IMG/VR virus record: IMGVR_UViG_3300045988_073597
Coordinates: 1 to 57,405 of that record
Source of the DNA: a virus
Reading direction: 5' to 3' (one strand)
Length of the DNA stretch: 57,405 nucleotides
The position numbers and the translations under genes were made by a program. Below the pieces are notes generated by a model that did no database searches, was not told the origin of the DNA, and saw only the letters and a list, made by a program, of their open reading frames with translations. Below, piece by piece: positions 1 through 8,859 of the stretch; the first letter of the stretch is position 1; each line of letters opens with the position of its first letter.

Positions 1-55
1 TGTAGGCTTTTAAACAGAAAGTCGTTTTTGCGTTATTCCATAAGGAAATGATCTG
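1..55. repeat. 55-bp terminal direct repeat identical to 57351-57405 (overlap of a circular or circularly permuted genome assembly)
   Basis: The first 55 nt (tgtaggcttttaaacag...ggaaatgatctg) recur exactly as the last 55 nt of the window. Confidence 0.95.
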
Positions 56-127
56 TGCAATTTCTTCTCTTATGTGCTTTAAACCATTGATTTTACTGGA
101 TTTCGTGCTATTTAGTTATATAGTTTT

Positions 128-147
128 GTACCAATTCCGTACCAATT
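128..147 (+). promoter_or_regulatory. Two GTACCAATT repeats 11 bp apart (candidate integrase arm-type sites, attP left arm)
   Basis: gtaccaatt at 128-136 and 139-147, same motif and orientation as the copies at 57215-57264, immediately 3' of the integrase gene. Confidence 0.4.
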
Positions 148-1273
148 ACACCACTTTTAGGTAATTTTCAAGCTTCAAAATTTCCATTTCGTTTGCTTCT
201 TCTGTTGTATGAACGTATAAGTTCATTGTTATTGTTATGCTAGAATGTCCAAGGATTGTCTGTAATGTTTTTGGTCTTATTCCTGCTTCAATACACCTAG
301 TGGCATAAGTGTGTCTCAGCGAATGCATAGAAAAAACATCCACGTTATATTTTTTACAATAAGCTTTCAATAACGTATTAAGTGAACTTCTAGTATTCAA
401 AACACCATGCGTATTTAAAAAAATATTATTTTTATATTTCAAACTAATTACTTTTAATTTTGCATTTTTTTCTTTTTGTGCAACAAGCAACTTCTTTGCT
501 TCTTCTGTCAGCGGAACAGCCCGTATACTTGTTTTCGATTTTGGTGTTCCGACTTTTATTTTTTTGTCTGTGTCCTGAAATAATGTTTTGTTTACGCATA
601 TTTTATTTTTTTTAAAATCAACATCATCCCACGTCAACGCAAGAATTTCGCTAACCCTCATGCCGGTCTGTAACGCAAATGCAAAAAAATTGTAATTCGC
701 AGTATTTTTTGATCTCTCAAGAAAATCTTTTTGCTCCTGCACCGTCAAAAATCTTATTTTTGGTTCTTCTTCCACTGGTATTTTTACACTTTTTGTTACC
801 GGGTTAAAGGTTATAAAAGAATTTTCAACAGCGGATTCAAAAAAACCATGCATCACTTCACGAACACATTGCATAGTATTCTTTTTCATCCCATTTTCCA
901 ACATAACCTCAAATACTTCGCTGCAATGAATTGGTTTGACATCTTTAATCAACATATCTCCTATTACTGGCTTTATATGTCTTAACCATCTTGTTAAATT
1001 TGCACTCTGCGTGTTTGGCTTCCAGAACGGTTTTTTTAATTTTTCGTACCAGTAATTAAACCACGATTCAACAGTGGGATTATCTCCACGCAGAACATTA
1101 CCATGCTCTTTTTCAAACTGCATGTCTGATACCCACTTTCTACAATCCTGTAGTTTTTTAAAATTTTTAGAAATCCTTTTTCCATTGCGATCAGTTACTC
1201 TACCCATGTAAAATCCATCGGTTCTTTGAGAAATACCTATTCCAAGTTCTTTTCCTTTTAGGCTTTTTCCCAT
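146..1273 (-). CDS. int: Tyrosine recombinase (phage integrase)
   Basis: C-terminal catalytic signature (GMRVSEILALTWDDV ... HSLRHTYATRCIEAG ... LGHSSITITMNLYVH). ATG at 1273 preceded by AAGGGGTG. The ORF track begins at an upstream GTG (1282). Confidence 0.9.
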   Translation of the reverse strand: MGKSLKGKELGIGISQRTDGFYMGRVTDRNGKRISKNFKKLQDCRKWVSDMQFEKEHGNVLRGDNPTVESWFNYWYEKLKKPFWKPNTQSANLTRWLRHIKPVIGDMLIKDVKPIHCSEVFEVMLENGMKKNTMQCVREVMHGFFESAVENSFITFNPVTKSVKIPVEEEPKIRFLTVQEQKDFLERSKNTANYNFFAFALQTGMRVSEILALTWDDVDFKKNKICVNKTLFQDTDKKIKVGTPKSKTSIRAVPLTEEAKKLLVAQKEKNAKLKVISLKYKNNIFLNTHGVLNTRSSLNTLLKAYCKKYNVDVFSMHSLRHTYATRCIEAGIRPKTLQTILGHSSITITMNLYVHTTEEANEMEILKLENYLKVV

Positions 1274-1347
1274 TATTCGCACCCCTTTCTTTAAAAGAAA
1301 AAGCCTTAATACAGTAATTTCATATTACTACATAAGGCTTTAAAAGT

Positions 1348-1563
1348 CTACATTTCCACATTTTCTGAAATGAATTTTTCAAACTCTTTTCTCTTTATCA
1401 ATCTCTTATTTCCGCACCAGATAACGTACTTACATCTGGGATCGTTGGTCATCTCTCTTAACCGGTTGACGCCAACATTGCTATAAGCTGCTGCTTCCTC
1501 AAGAGTTAATGTCACTTTTTCCCATATTGGCACTACCTTTTTGCTGTTTTCCATCTTCTCCAC
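1348..1563 (-). CDS. Excisionase-family helix-turn-helix DNA-binding protein
   Basis: 71 aa; LTLEEAAAYSNVGVNRLREM...KRLIKRKEFEKFI resembles excisionase/MerR-type HTH; sits next to the integrase. Confidence 0.6.
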   Translation of the reverse strand: MEKMENSKKVVPIWEKVTLTLEEAAAYSNVGVNRLREMTNDPRCKYVIWCGNKRLIKRKEFEKFISENVEM

Positions 1564-2164
1564 CTCTCATGTCGAATTTTACTTCTTTCTTCAAAATTGC
1601 AGTCACATCTTCCTGTGTAATATATCCGGTTGCCAGATAATCATTAATCAGTGCAATACATTCATTTACAAAATTCCGAATCTGCTTCTTGCTGAACTTC
1701 TCAATCTCTTGCAATTCTGTACACACCATACAAATTGCAAGTGAACAGGCTAACGTAGCAGCTTGTGTATAGTCCATCATATCTCTTGGATTTTTCGGAT
1801 GTTCAATGCCTGCGATCTGATATCTTGTGTTTCTCGGAATACGCCTACACTCCGCATAGATATCAATGTCCATTTTTTTCTTGCAATACAGAATCATGTG
1901 ATCCACTTTAATCCCGGCTTGGTCGTTTTTTAACACGCAACTTCTAACCTGTTCATTCACACGGTTCAAACGTTTTATCCCAAAACCGAATTTGTCATGT
2001 AACACCCACAAAGAAATTTCTTTGATGTTCGTGTATGCCTGGCCAGACATTTTAGACATCCAGTTAATGCGATTCTGATAAGCACCTATAGCATCAATTT
2101 CTGACTGCATCCAGCCATAATTAGGTTTATTTTTTCTTTTCGCTCTTGTTAATTTACTGCTCAT
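1499..2164 (-). CDS. Hypothetical early protein
   Basis: 221-aa ORF in the leftward early operon; 3' end overlaps the next ORF by 65 nt; no motif recognised. Confidence 0.6.
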   Translation of the reverse strand: MSSKLTRAKRKNKPNYGWMQSEIDAIGAYQNRINWMSKMSGQAYTNIKEISLWVLHDKFGFGIKRLNRVNEQVRSCVLKNDQAGIKVDHMILYCKKKMDIDIYAECRRIPRNTRYQIAGIEHPKNPRDMMDYTQAATLACSLAICMVCTELQEIEKFSKKQIRNFVNECIALINDYLATGYITQEDVTAILKKEVKFDMRGGEDGKQQKGSANMGKSDINS

Positions 2165-2448
2165 ACGTTCACCTTACCGCCATATCTTTTGTTCATTTCA
2201 ACCCACTCTGCATATGCTTCTTTTCCAAATCTCTGAACGAATCTGGTTGCCATGCTCAGTTTTAATGGTTTTTCGACCTTGCCAATCTTTTCCAAACGGA
2301 TTTCAATGTTCTCCGGCCTGTGCTCATTTGCCATATTTTTTGCTTTCAACGGAGAAATTCCAAATGTATCATTAAGCTCCGCAGAAGTTGCAGTTTCTAA
2401 AAATGTTTTCCCGTTCACAAAAACTTTGTATTGATTCATTAATTCCAC
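2161..2448 (-). CDS. Hypothetical early protein
   Basis: 95-aa ORF, 4-nt overlap with the downstream gene. Confidence 0.55.
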   Translation of the reverse strand: MELMNQYKVFVNGKTFLETATSAELNDTFGISPLKAKNMANEHRPENIEIRLEKIGKVEKPLKLSMATRFVQRFGKEAYAEWVEMNKRYGGKVNV

Positions 2449-3095
2449 CCCTTATCTAATCGTGTGCGCCAATCATTCGGCATAGGCACCGTAGTATCGT
2501 TATTTTGACCATATTCCGTTTTTTCATCTTTAAGCAAGGATTTTACCGAATATTCATTTTTATTCGCTATTTGAGCCGAATATGAGTTCTGAGACGTATT
2601 CTCAATCATTGTTTTGATGTCAGATGGCATTTTTGATATTTCTGCCGCCCTCTGTGCTTCTGCCCGGTACGCTCTCAAGAAATTGGATTGTATAACCGTT
2701 TCAACACTCTCAAGGTTCGTCTGTGACCAGTTTCTAAGGTTATCTGGTGTTCCGACAGCTTTTTGTACCAGTGGTGGAAGTTTTGAGAACTCTTCCACCG
2801 CTCCGTAATACCCGTTCCGAATTGCCTTGCTGACTAATCCCCATGCTTCTGATTCATTTAGCTGAGCCGGTTCATTCGCAGTTTTGATTTTATCAACGAT
2901 TTGACCAATGCTTGGTGCAAATCCAGAAGTATCAGACAGTATATATGCCCTTAATCCAGATTCCACTTGATAATATGAGTATTCAGAAAGTAACAAGTTC
3001 CAAGTGTTGATCGCAACAGTTTTATCCGATGGCTTATAATTCGGGTATGCAGCTTGTACCATCATCAGAATTTGTATTGTTTCATCTCTGGTCAT
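2439..3095 (-). CDS. Putative helicase loader (SPP1 G39P-like)
   Basis: N-terminus (IQILMMVQAAYPNYKPSDKTVAINTWNLLLSEYSYYQVESGLRAY...FAPSIGQIVDKI) fits the G39P loader pattern. ATG at 3095 overlaps the upstream stop (TAATG) and follows GGAGGG. Confidence 0.45.
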   Translation of the reverse strand: MTRDETIQILMMVQAAYPNYKPSDKTVAINTWNLLLSEYSYYQVESGLRAYILSDTSGFAPSIGQIVDKIKTANEPAQLNESEAWGLVSKAIRNGYYGAVEEFSKLPPLVQKAVGTPDNLRNWSQTNLESVETVIQSNFLRAYRAEAQRAAEISKMPSDIKTMIENTSQNSYSAQIANKNEYSVKSLLKDEKTEYGQNNDTTVPMPNDWRTRLDKGWN

Positions 3096-3817
3096 TAAGA
3101 TTCCCTCCATTCATCAAAAACTGTTTTGCTTTTTTCAGTTGAATTTTTGTTTCTTGACCGCTCCCATGTTCGAACCGCTGCTTTCCAGTCTTTCATTTTG
3201 TTTTTGCCTATCATCCACCCTTTTGATTCATAGAAATCAATAAAAGATTGTGCATCAATTCCATTTCCACGTTCTGAGCAGTACGATTCAACTTCTTCAA
3301 CATTTGGGGGAATAAAGCGTTTAGCTTTTCCCCCTCTCACACTCTCCCCTATACTATCCTTACCTATACTATCCTTACCTATACTATCCTTACCTATACT
3401 ATCCTTACCTATACTATCCTTACCTACGGATACATCTTGGATACATTTTGTATACATTTTATTTTCATCTAACGTATATGCTTTGTTTCTCTTTACTCCA
3501 AGCATAGATTTTTCGTCTACATAATCGGTTGGTCTATATCGGTCGCTTTGAATGTAATTGTGCATTTTCCAGTGTTTTATTACGATAATCCCACTTTCAA
3601 ACAAAATAACAAATGACTTAGCAACTAACAGCTTAAAATCATCGTCACTAGCACCACACATCCGTTGTATTTTCTTTGGATTATTAACAAATCCATCATC
3701 ATCGGCATTCATCGACAAATGAAAGTAAAGCATCTGTGTACTACTAGGCATATCCAAAAAAGCATCGCTTTCTGTAATTTTTTTTGCAAACATTCTTCTT
3801 TCTGCCAATTTAATCAT
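3095..3817 (-). CDS. Phage replisome organizer (N-terminal domain family) with internal GKDSI x5 repeat
   Basis: FAKKITESDAFLDMPSSTQMLYFHLSMNADDDGFVNNPKKI... is typical of the replisome organizer N-domain; the central repeat is encoded by the iterons. Confidence 0.8.
   Translation of the reverse strand: MIKLAERRMFAKKITESDAFLDMPSSTQMLYFHLSMNADDDGFVNNPKKIQRMCGASDDDFKLLVAKSFVILFESGIIVIKHWKMHNYIQSDRYRPTDYVDEKSMLGVKRNKAYTLDENKMYTKCIQDVSVGKDSIGKDSIGKDSIGKDSIGKDSIGESVRGGKAKRFIPPNVEEVESYCSERGNGIDAQSFIDFYESKGWMIGKNKMKDWKAAVRTWERSRNKNSTEKSKTVFDEWRES
3350..3424. repeat. Five exact tandem 15-bp iterons (tatactatccttacc), candidate origin of replication
   Basis: Units start at 3350, 3365, 3380, 3395 and 3410 with no mismatch. 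They are followed by ggatacat/ggatacat/gtatacat degenerate repeats at 3428-3457. Confidence 0.85.
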
Positions 3818-3845
3818 CCCCTTTATCTATCTTTTGTTTGAACAA

Positions 3846-4025
3846 TCAATTTGTTTCTTCACATTCTGCCTGCAACCAGTCAATAAAACCTTGATGTCCT
3901 TTCTTGCAATACTCAGATGCCATGCATTCTTCACACCGATATTCTGACGTATATGACGATACGGCACACAAAAACTCTGCCAGTTCCGCATCACTCATGG
4001 AACGAATTTTATCTACGTTTTTCAT
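3846..4025 (-). CDS. Small Cys-containing hypothetical protein (59 aa)
   Basis: Hand-translated ORF MKNVDKIRSMSDAELAEFLC...CEECMASEYC...; fills the gap between flanking genes; below the ORF-track size cutoff. Confidence 0.4.
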   Translation of the reverse strand: MKNVDKIRSMSDAELAEFLCAVSSYTSEYRCEECMASEYCKKGHQGFIDWLQAECEETN

Positions 4026-4029
4026 ACTG

Positions 4030-4233
4030 CTACCTCACTAATTTTTCAATCGGCACTGTAAATCCACTGAATCTTTTTTCTTCCAGATAGATACCAGTAT
4101 CAAAAAAGATAAGTTCATTATTTTGCTTATCATACCCAAGGCTGACGCCATTTACGACAAGGCAATCACGCAACAGATCCAGAACGACACCGATTGCTTT
4201 AATTGTTCCTTGCTCCATAACTTTTTCACTCAT
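4030..4233 (-). CDS. Hypothetical protein
   Basis: 67-aa ORF, co-directional and tightly packed. Confidence 0.5.
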   Translation of the reverse strand: MSEKVMEQGTIKAIGVVLDLLRDCLVVNGVSLGYDKQNNELIFFDTGIYLEEKRFSGFTVPIEKLVR

Positions 4234-4242
4234 ATATATCTC

Positions 4243-4491
4243 CTATCTACGAACCATCTCACCGTTTTTAATCATTTTCTCAAGTTCTGCAACCGGATAT
4301 GCTTCAACATAGCTTGTATGTCCTACGAATCCACCAGTAAAATGTAATCTCATCCGTACAAATCTTCCGTGATCTGGTACAGATTCTACTACTGCATTTA
4401 CCCAGTCTTTCTCTCTGATTTCGGTTGCACTGTTTCTATAAATTTTATATTTCTGCCCTACTTCGAACATCACTTTTTCTCCTGTTTCCAA
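4243..4491 (-). CDS. Hypothetical protein
   Basis: 82-aa ORF. Confidence 0.55.
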   Translation of the reverse strand: METGEKVMFEVGQKYKIYRNSATEIREKDWVNAVVESVPDHGRFVRMRLHFTGGFVGHTSYVEAYPVAELEKMIKNGEMVRR

Positions 4492-5162
4492 TATTTTTCG
4501 TCCAAAATGTATTGTCTGATAAATCTATCTGCATATTGAGGATGCATAAGGCTGCGTTCTGTTTTTCGACTTGTTTTGTCTGTTGATTTGACTCTTGCAA
4601 TAGTACGAATTTGTACTTCTTCTAACGGTTCAAAAACCAAATTATTTTTCGGCTTGAAATTTATAAACCAATACTGCGTAGGTTTTTTGTAATAATCACC
4701 GTTCTGCGTTCTGTCTTTATCAATCAACGATGGTTTAATGCACCAGTATGTGGTCAGATAGTGTGGCTGTGTATATGGATTTTCTATGATCATTTTCAAA
4801 CCTTTTCTGTATGCCACAACACATAATTGCGACAATTTTACATAAAATTCATGCAATTCTCTATGCAATCCAATTGAATAATCTAGCTTCTGAATGTTAT
4901 CCCATCCTTTTTGTTGCGTTGCCTGCCCTCTAAACAACAACGGAACGCGTGCTTCAAATCTGGTACATGGGAAAAATGCAAATATCAAATCATCTGGACT
5001 TACCTTATCAAACAAGCTCGGTTCACCGTTGTACCCCCCCCTCAATCTCTTTGAAAAGGTCGGTGATGTAGTCTGTTTCCCCGAACTCATTCTGCACATC
5101 GTAATCATATGCTTCAATTCCGTACTTCTTAAAAGCATTTTTAAATGTTCCAGATTGTTCAA
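4470..5162 (-). CDS. Hypothetical protein (FFPC...IENPY motifs faintly reminiscent of C5-methyltransferase motifs IV/VI, no motif I)
   Basis: 230-aa ORF with TTG start in the track and three in-frame stops immediately upstream. No AdoMet-binding FxGxG seen, so no enzymatic call is made. Confidence 0.55.
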   Translation of the reverse strand: MNNLEHLKMLLRSTELKHMITMCRMSSGKQTTSPTFSKRLRGGYNGEPSLFDKVSPDDLIFAFFPCTRFEARVPLLFRGQATQQKGWDNIQKLDYSIGLHRELHEFYVKLSQLCVVAYRKGLKMIIENPYTQPHYLTTYWCIKPSLIDKDRTQNGDYYKKPTQYWFINFKPKNNLVFEPLEEVQIRTIARVKSTDKTSRKTERSLMHPQYADRFIRQYILDEKYWKQEKK

Positions 5163-5244
5163 ACAAGCAATGTACTATCATCATAAATCTACCAAAAGGA
5201 AACCTCGGTTTTATGTGCGCACAACCTATTCCTTTCTTTGATTT

Positions 5245-5427
5245 TTAGTTTGATTTTAAAACTTCTTTCATAGCGTTAGCCATATCACATATACCCTTGA
5301 TATAGCCAATAGTAATTTCCTTGTAGTTGCTGTCGCGTTCTACAAGATTGTTATCCACAAAATCAGTTACTATGTCGTCAATCAACCTTACCGCATTGTG
5401 ATTTATTCCACTTTCATCGATCTTCAT
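5245..5427 (-). CDS. Hypothetical protein
   Basis: 60-aa ORF. Confidence 0.45.
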   Translation of the reverse strand: MKIDESGINHNAVRLIDDIVTDFVDNNLVERDSNYKEITIGYIKGICDMANAMKEVLKSN

Positions 5428-5433
5428 TCTGAA

Positions 5434-5721
5434 TCACTCGCTTTCTTTTCTCTTAAAATTCTCACAGGGCACATCAAGCAAACAACCGCATTTTTCGATT
5501 TCTTCCACTCCCAAATATGTCTTGTATCTGTAAGAATTTTTGCAGCTAAAGCAGAAATCCTTGCCATTATTCAGCTTGCAACTTGTCTTTTTATCTTCCA
5601 ACTTTTTCCCAATACTCTCGTTTATCCTTTTGAGCCCCTCGGCCTTTTCCTGCAATTCCTCAAAATCTTCAATGAGCTTATTGTATTTCTTTTTACTCAA
5701 AATTTTAAACATAAAAATCAC
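5434..5721 (-). CDS. Hypothetical protein with Cys pairs
   Basis: 95-aa ORF with a coiled N-terminus and CxxC-like pairs (CFSC, CGC). Confidence 0.5.
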   Translation of the reverse strand: MIFMFKILSKKKYNKLIEDFEELQEKAEGLKRINESIGKKLEDKKTSCKLNNGKDFCFSCKNSYRYKTYLGVEEIEKCGCLLDVPCENFKRKESE

Positions 5722-5897
5722 TCCTTTACCTCATAAACAAGAACACCGCTTTTGTCCTTTGTCACTCTGACAAGTTCAGCATCTAAAATGCTCTCTGGCA
5801 GTTCACCCATTGAATTAAAAGTTGCTTCTAAACCGTCAAATGCCACTTTAAATGCCTTTGTTGGTCTTAATGTTTCCATGTGTTTTCCTAATGTCAT
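5718..5897 (-). CDS. Small hypothetical protein (59 aa)
   Basis: Hand-translated MTLGKHMETLRPTKAF...; ATGA start/stop overlap with the upstream gene. Confidence 0.4.
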   Translation of the reverse strand: MTLGKHMETLRPTKAFKVAFDGLEATFNSMGELPESILDAELVRVTKDKSGVLVYEVKE

Positions 5898-6478
5898 TCT
5901 GAACCACCTACTTTCAATAAATCCATAAATTTCTCATACTGTTTCTGCGACACCTTATTATTAGCCTTATCCGCTCTCAATTCGATTTTAAGGTGTTTTT
6001 CAGCGATAGCCGATAATTCCCTTGCCAACACCTTTTTACCTTGCTGTATGCCCTCTGAGTACGTTCTTGGTTGTTTATACTGACCGGTCACCTGTTTACC
6101 CTTGCCTTGGCTGCCTGCCGTTACGTTATACATCTGAAATCCGGCATCCGCCCACTGCCTAATTGTAGAAACTTCCAAATCATCCATCTCCGACTTTGAG
6201 CATGTTTTGTATGTCAACTTCCAACCATAAGGATTTTCTTTACTGAAAAAACCATGTTTTTTAAGGCTCAATGCTATATGATCGTACTCAGCAAGATGTG
6301 AAGCACACCTCTCTAAAAGGTTCACGGCCTGCCCTACATAACTCCTACGGATACCTGCTTCATCTGATCGGTAAAACGCATATATGCCACTTTCGCATGG
6401 TAATGTGGGACAAATAGACTTAATCCTCTTTTCTCTTTCTGCTTTCATAGCAAAAACTTTTTTGTAATTAATGCTCAT
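5894..6478 (-). CDS. GIY-YIG domain nuclease-like protein
   Basis: SGIYAFYRSDEAGIRRSYVGQAVNLLERCASH matches the GIY...YVG core. Confidence 0.65.
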   Translation of the reverse strand: MSINYKKVFAMKAEREKRIKSICPTLPCESGIYAFYRSDEAGIRRSYVGQAVNLLERCASHLAEYDHIALSLKKHGFFSKENPYGWKLTYKTCSKSEMDDLEVSTIRQWADAGFQMYNVTAGSQGKGKQVTGQYKQPRTYSEGIQQGKKVLARELSAIAEKHLKIELRADKANNKVSQKQYEKFMDLLKVGGSE

Positions 6479-6839
6479 TATATTCCTCCGGTGGTTCTGG
6501 TCTTGGCATCCAGAACCTTATGTATTCTCTACGATTACCACCAAAATGTCCTTTATAATCGTTATATTTGCTAGGTGGATACCACCGTGTAACAGTAGCA
6601 CCACCTGTTTTTCCAACAACCAGATAACTTCCCGGTTTATCTGGAAGTCTTTCGTCAACAGAAATCCATTTTTGTTCGTAATTCTTCAAAGGACACATTT
6701 CAAGTTTGTGCCCCGGACATGTAACAGGTCTCCCTGCACCAAGATACGCACACCAGTAAATACCGTGCTTATCCATTGACGAAAGATCACATGTTTCACA
6801 AGATTCTGGCATATCCATAATCAGAATTGCCTTACCCAT
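6468..6839 (-). CDS. Cys-rich/DUF551-like protein
   Basis: WISVDERLPDKPGSYLVVGK... resembles DUF551; N-terminal CxxC cluster. Confidence 0.5.
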   Translation of the reverse strand: MGKAILIMDMPESCETCDLSSMDKHGIYWCAYLGAGRPVTCPGHKLEMCPLKNYEQKWISVDERLPDKPGSYLVVGKTGGATVTRWYPPSKYNDYKGHFGGNRREYIRFWMPRPEPPEEYNEH

Positions 6840-6849
6840 ATCTTCACCT

Positions 6850-7293
6850 CTAATTGAATGGTAACTCTTCCATGTTATCTGGAATCGTCATAAAATCATT
6901 TGCAGAACTTACAGGTGTCGGAGATGGCTGTGGCTGCTGTGCCGGTGCATAACCAGAATTGTTAGCAGATTCTGCTCTGCTTTCGCAAAATTCATGCTGC
7001 TCTACAACTACATCGGTCGTATACACCTTGTTTCCGTCTCTGTTCGTGTAGCTGCCAGTCTGAATATGACCAGTTACCGCAATCTTCATACCTTTTCTCA
7101 GATATTTTTCAGCAAATTCACCCTGTTTTCCAAATGCTTTACAGTTAATAAAATCAGCGGATTGTTCTCCGTCTCTTTTAAACATTCGGTCTACTGCCAG
7201 GCTGTAACTGGCAATAGCCATCGGCTTTTCTCCCTGTGAATATCTCACTTCTGGATCGCGTGTAAGGCGTCCGATCAGGATTACTTTATTCAT
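6850..7293 (-). CDS. ssb: Single-stranded DNA-binding protein
   Basis: MNKVILIGRLTRDPEVRYSQ... OB-fold start; Pro/Gln-rich linker; acidic C-terminal tip ending ...EELPFN. Confidence 0.9.
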   Translation of the reverse strand: MNKVILIGRLTRDPEVRYSQGEKPMAIASYSLAVDRMFKRDGEQSADFINCKAFGKQGEFAEKYLRKGMKIAVTGHIQTGSYTNRDGNKVYTTDVVVEQHEFCESRAESANNSGYAPAQQPQPSPTPVSSANDFMTIPDNMEELPFN

Positions 7294-7526
7294 GTCATAC
7301 CTCTTTTCCTTTTAGTTCTCACACAATAGCCATAATCGGCATGGTGAATATTATTCTTGTCATAAACGGCACGCATAACGCTTTCAAAGGTGAAGCAGCT
7401 ACGCATATAATCTTCATGTCTGCGCCGTTTAGTTTCATCGTTTTTCAGAGTGAACATAAAATACTTAACGCATGTAGCATGGCATTCTGACGTTCTATCT
7501 CTGCAATTTTTGCATTCGTTGTACAT
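7290..7526 (-). CDS. Cys-rich hypothetical protein
   Basis: ATG at 7526 preceded by AAAGGTGA (MYNECKNCRDRTSECHATC...); the longer track ORF overlaps the upstream gene. Confidence 0.5.
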   Translation of the reverse strand: MYNECKNCRDRTSECHATCVKYFMFTLKNDETKRRRHEDYMRSCFTFESVMRAVYDKNNIHHADYGYCVRTKRKRGMT

Positions 7527-7537
7527 ATTAATCACCT

Positions 7538-8284
7538 TTAAAATGGTGCAACACTTGGATTGTGTAGTTCCCATTCTTTGCATGGCTCTGCAACGTCCAC
7601 ATTTGACTGTATAGCAACTTTTTTCATTTGTTCGATAAAGTTATCCTTATCTGCATTTTCTCCTGATAAATGGCACATGATTACGTTCTGAACATCATCT
7701 GGCGAATAATTTGCTTCAACAAATTTACAAGCCGTATCAATGCTCATATGACCTCTGAGAACATGGCTTGCTTTTGCCGGATTGTTCATATCAACCATGT
7801 TTTCGTCGTAGTCAACACCAAGCAAAATGTGGTTTAAATCATCGAATCTCCATTTAACAAATTCAGTGTCAGTCACATACAGAAGCTTTCCCATTTCTGG
7901 ATGCGATATAACATATCCATAGCAAGGGCATTCACTTCCGTCTGCGTTTGTGTGCGTCCATTTTCCATCTTTCGTAGTAAGTTCAAATGCAATCACTCGA
8001 AATCTTGTATGGTCGAAATAGAGCCTGACAAGTGAATATTCGTCATTGGACAAGTATGGTGTTGCTACTTTTATTCCGATTTTTCTTAAATCGTAAACAG
8101 ATTTGCTATGATCTCCATGCCGATGAGTGACTATGCACCCAACCACATTTTTAATATTCCAATCCAACCCTTTTTTGATTTCAGAAATCGGAACACCACA
8201 ATCAAGGATAAGTGCTTCGCCATTGCTTGCTGTGAGTAAATGGCAGTTTCCAGAACTTCCAGTTCCTATCGTTCTCAAAAACAT
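7538..8284 (-). CDS. Metallo-beta-lactamase-fold hydrolase (possible nuclease)
   Basis: THRHGDH motif (HxHxDH) in a 248-aa protein. Confidence 0.75.
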   Translation of the reverse strand: MFLRTIGTGSSGNCHLLTASNGEALILDCGVPISEIKKGLDWNIKNVVGCIVTHRHGDHSKSVYDLRKIGIKVATPYLSNDEYSLVRLYFDHTRFRVIAFELTTKDGKWTHTNADGSECPCYGYVISHPEMGKLLYVTDTEFVKWRFDDLNHILLGVDYDENMVDMNNPAKASHVLRGHMSIDTACKFVEANYSPDDVQNVIMCHLSGENADKDNFIEQMKKVAIQSNVDVAEPCKEWELHNPSVAPF

Positions 8285-8294
8285 CTACACCACC

Positions 8295-8498
8295 TCACTT
8301 TCCTTTGCATAATTCAATAAAATCTGCTTTGCTCTTTTCGTGCAATTTATTCACAACAGATTTCTGAGCCAATTCGTGTGTATAAACAGGTCTGCCAAGA
8401 AGTTTTTGCATGTATTTATATAAAGCATCTCTTTCATCACCACTTGTCATACAGTAGCCTGTGTAAGTCTCAACGATTACACGCTCTTCCAGTGTCAT
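8295..8498 (-). CDS. Hypothetical protein
   Basis: 67-aa ORF. Confidence 0.5.
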   Translation of the reverse strand: MTLEERVIVETYTGYCMTSGDERDALYKYMQKLLGRPVYTHELAQKSVVNKLHEKSKADFIELCKGK

Positions 8499-8857
8499 TC
8501 AACCACCTCGATTTCATCATCCTGTGGAAATCGAAAAACTTCCATATTTATGTATTTTTTAAGAATGTTTTTGAACTCTTCTGGCTCTAACGATTCTTCC
8601 ATATGCTTGCAAGTGCCACTTGCAAGAGCTTTTATAATTTCAATTCTCGCATATTGCTCTCTCAGCATTTCCATAGCCTTAATTGCCTTTGCTTCGGTGG
8701 AATAAGTTGCAATAAGACTGTTCATAAACACTTCTGGTGGTTCTGCAACATTTTTAACTGCAACAATTCCACAATTCCCGCCACCCCTATTTAATATTGA
8801 AAAAACAAAATCTTCATAAGGAATATCTGTTTTTCCAGTCTGTGAAATTACTCTCAT
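8495..8857 (-). CDS. Hypothetical protein
   Basis: 120-aa ORF, 4-nt overlap with the next gene. Confidence 0.55.
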   Translation of the reverse strand: MRVISQTGKTDIPYEDFVFSILNRGGGNCGIVAVKNVAEPPEVFMNSLIATYSTEAKAIKAMEMLREQYARIEIIKALASGTCKHMEESLEPEEFKNILKKYINMEVFRFPQDDEIEVVE

Positions 8858-8859
8858 TT

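Noticed and set aside
3350-3424. The tandem 15-bp repeat might be a CRISPR array
   Set aside because: The units are directly abutting with no spacers, the unit is far shorter than CRISPR repeats, and the array lies in-frame inside the replisome organizer gene. The iteron/origin reading is preferred.
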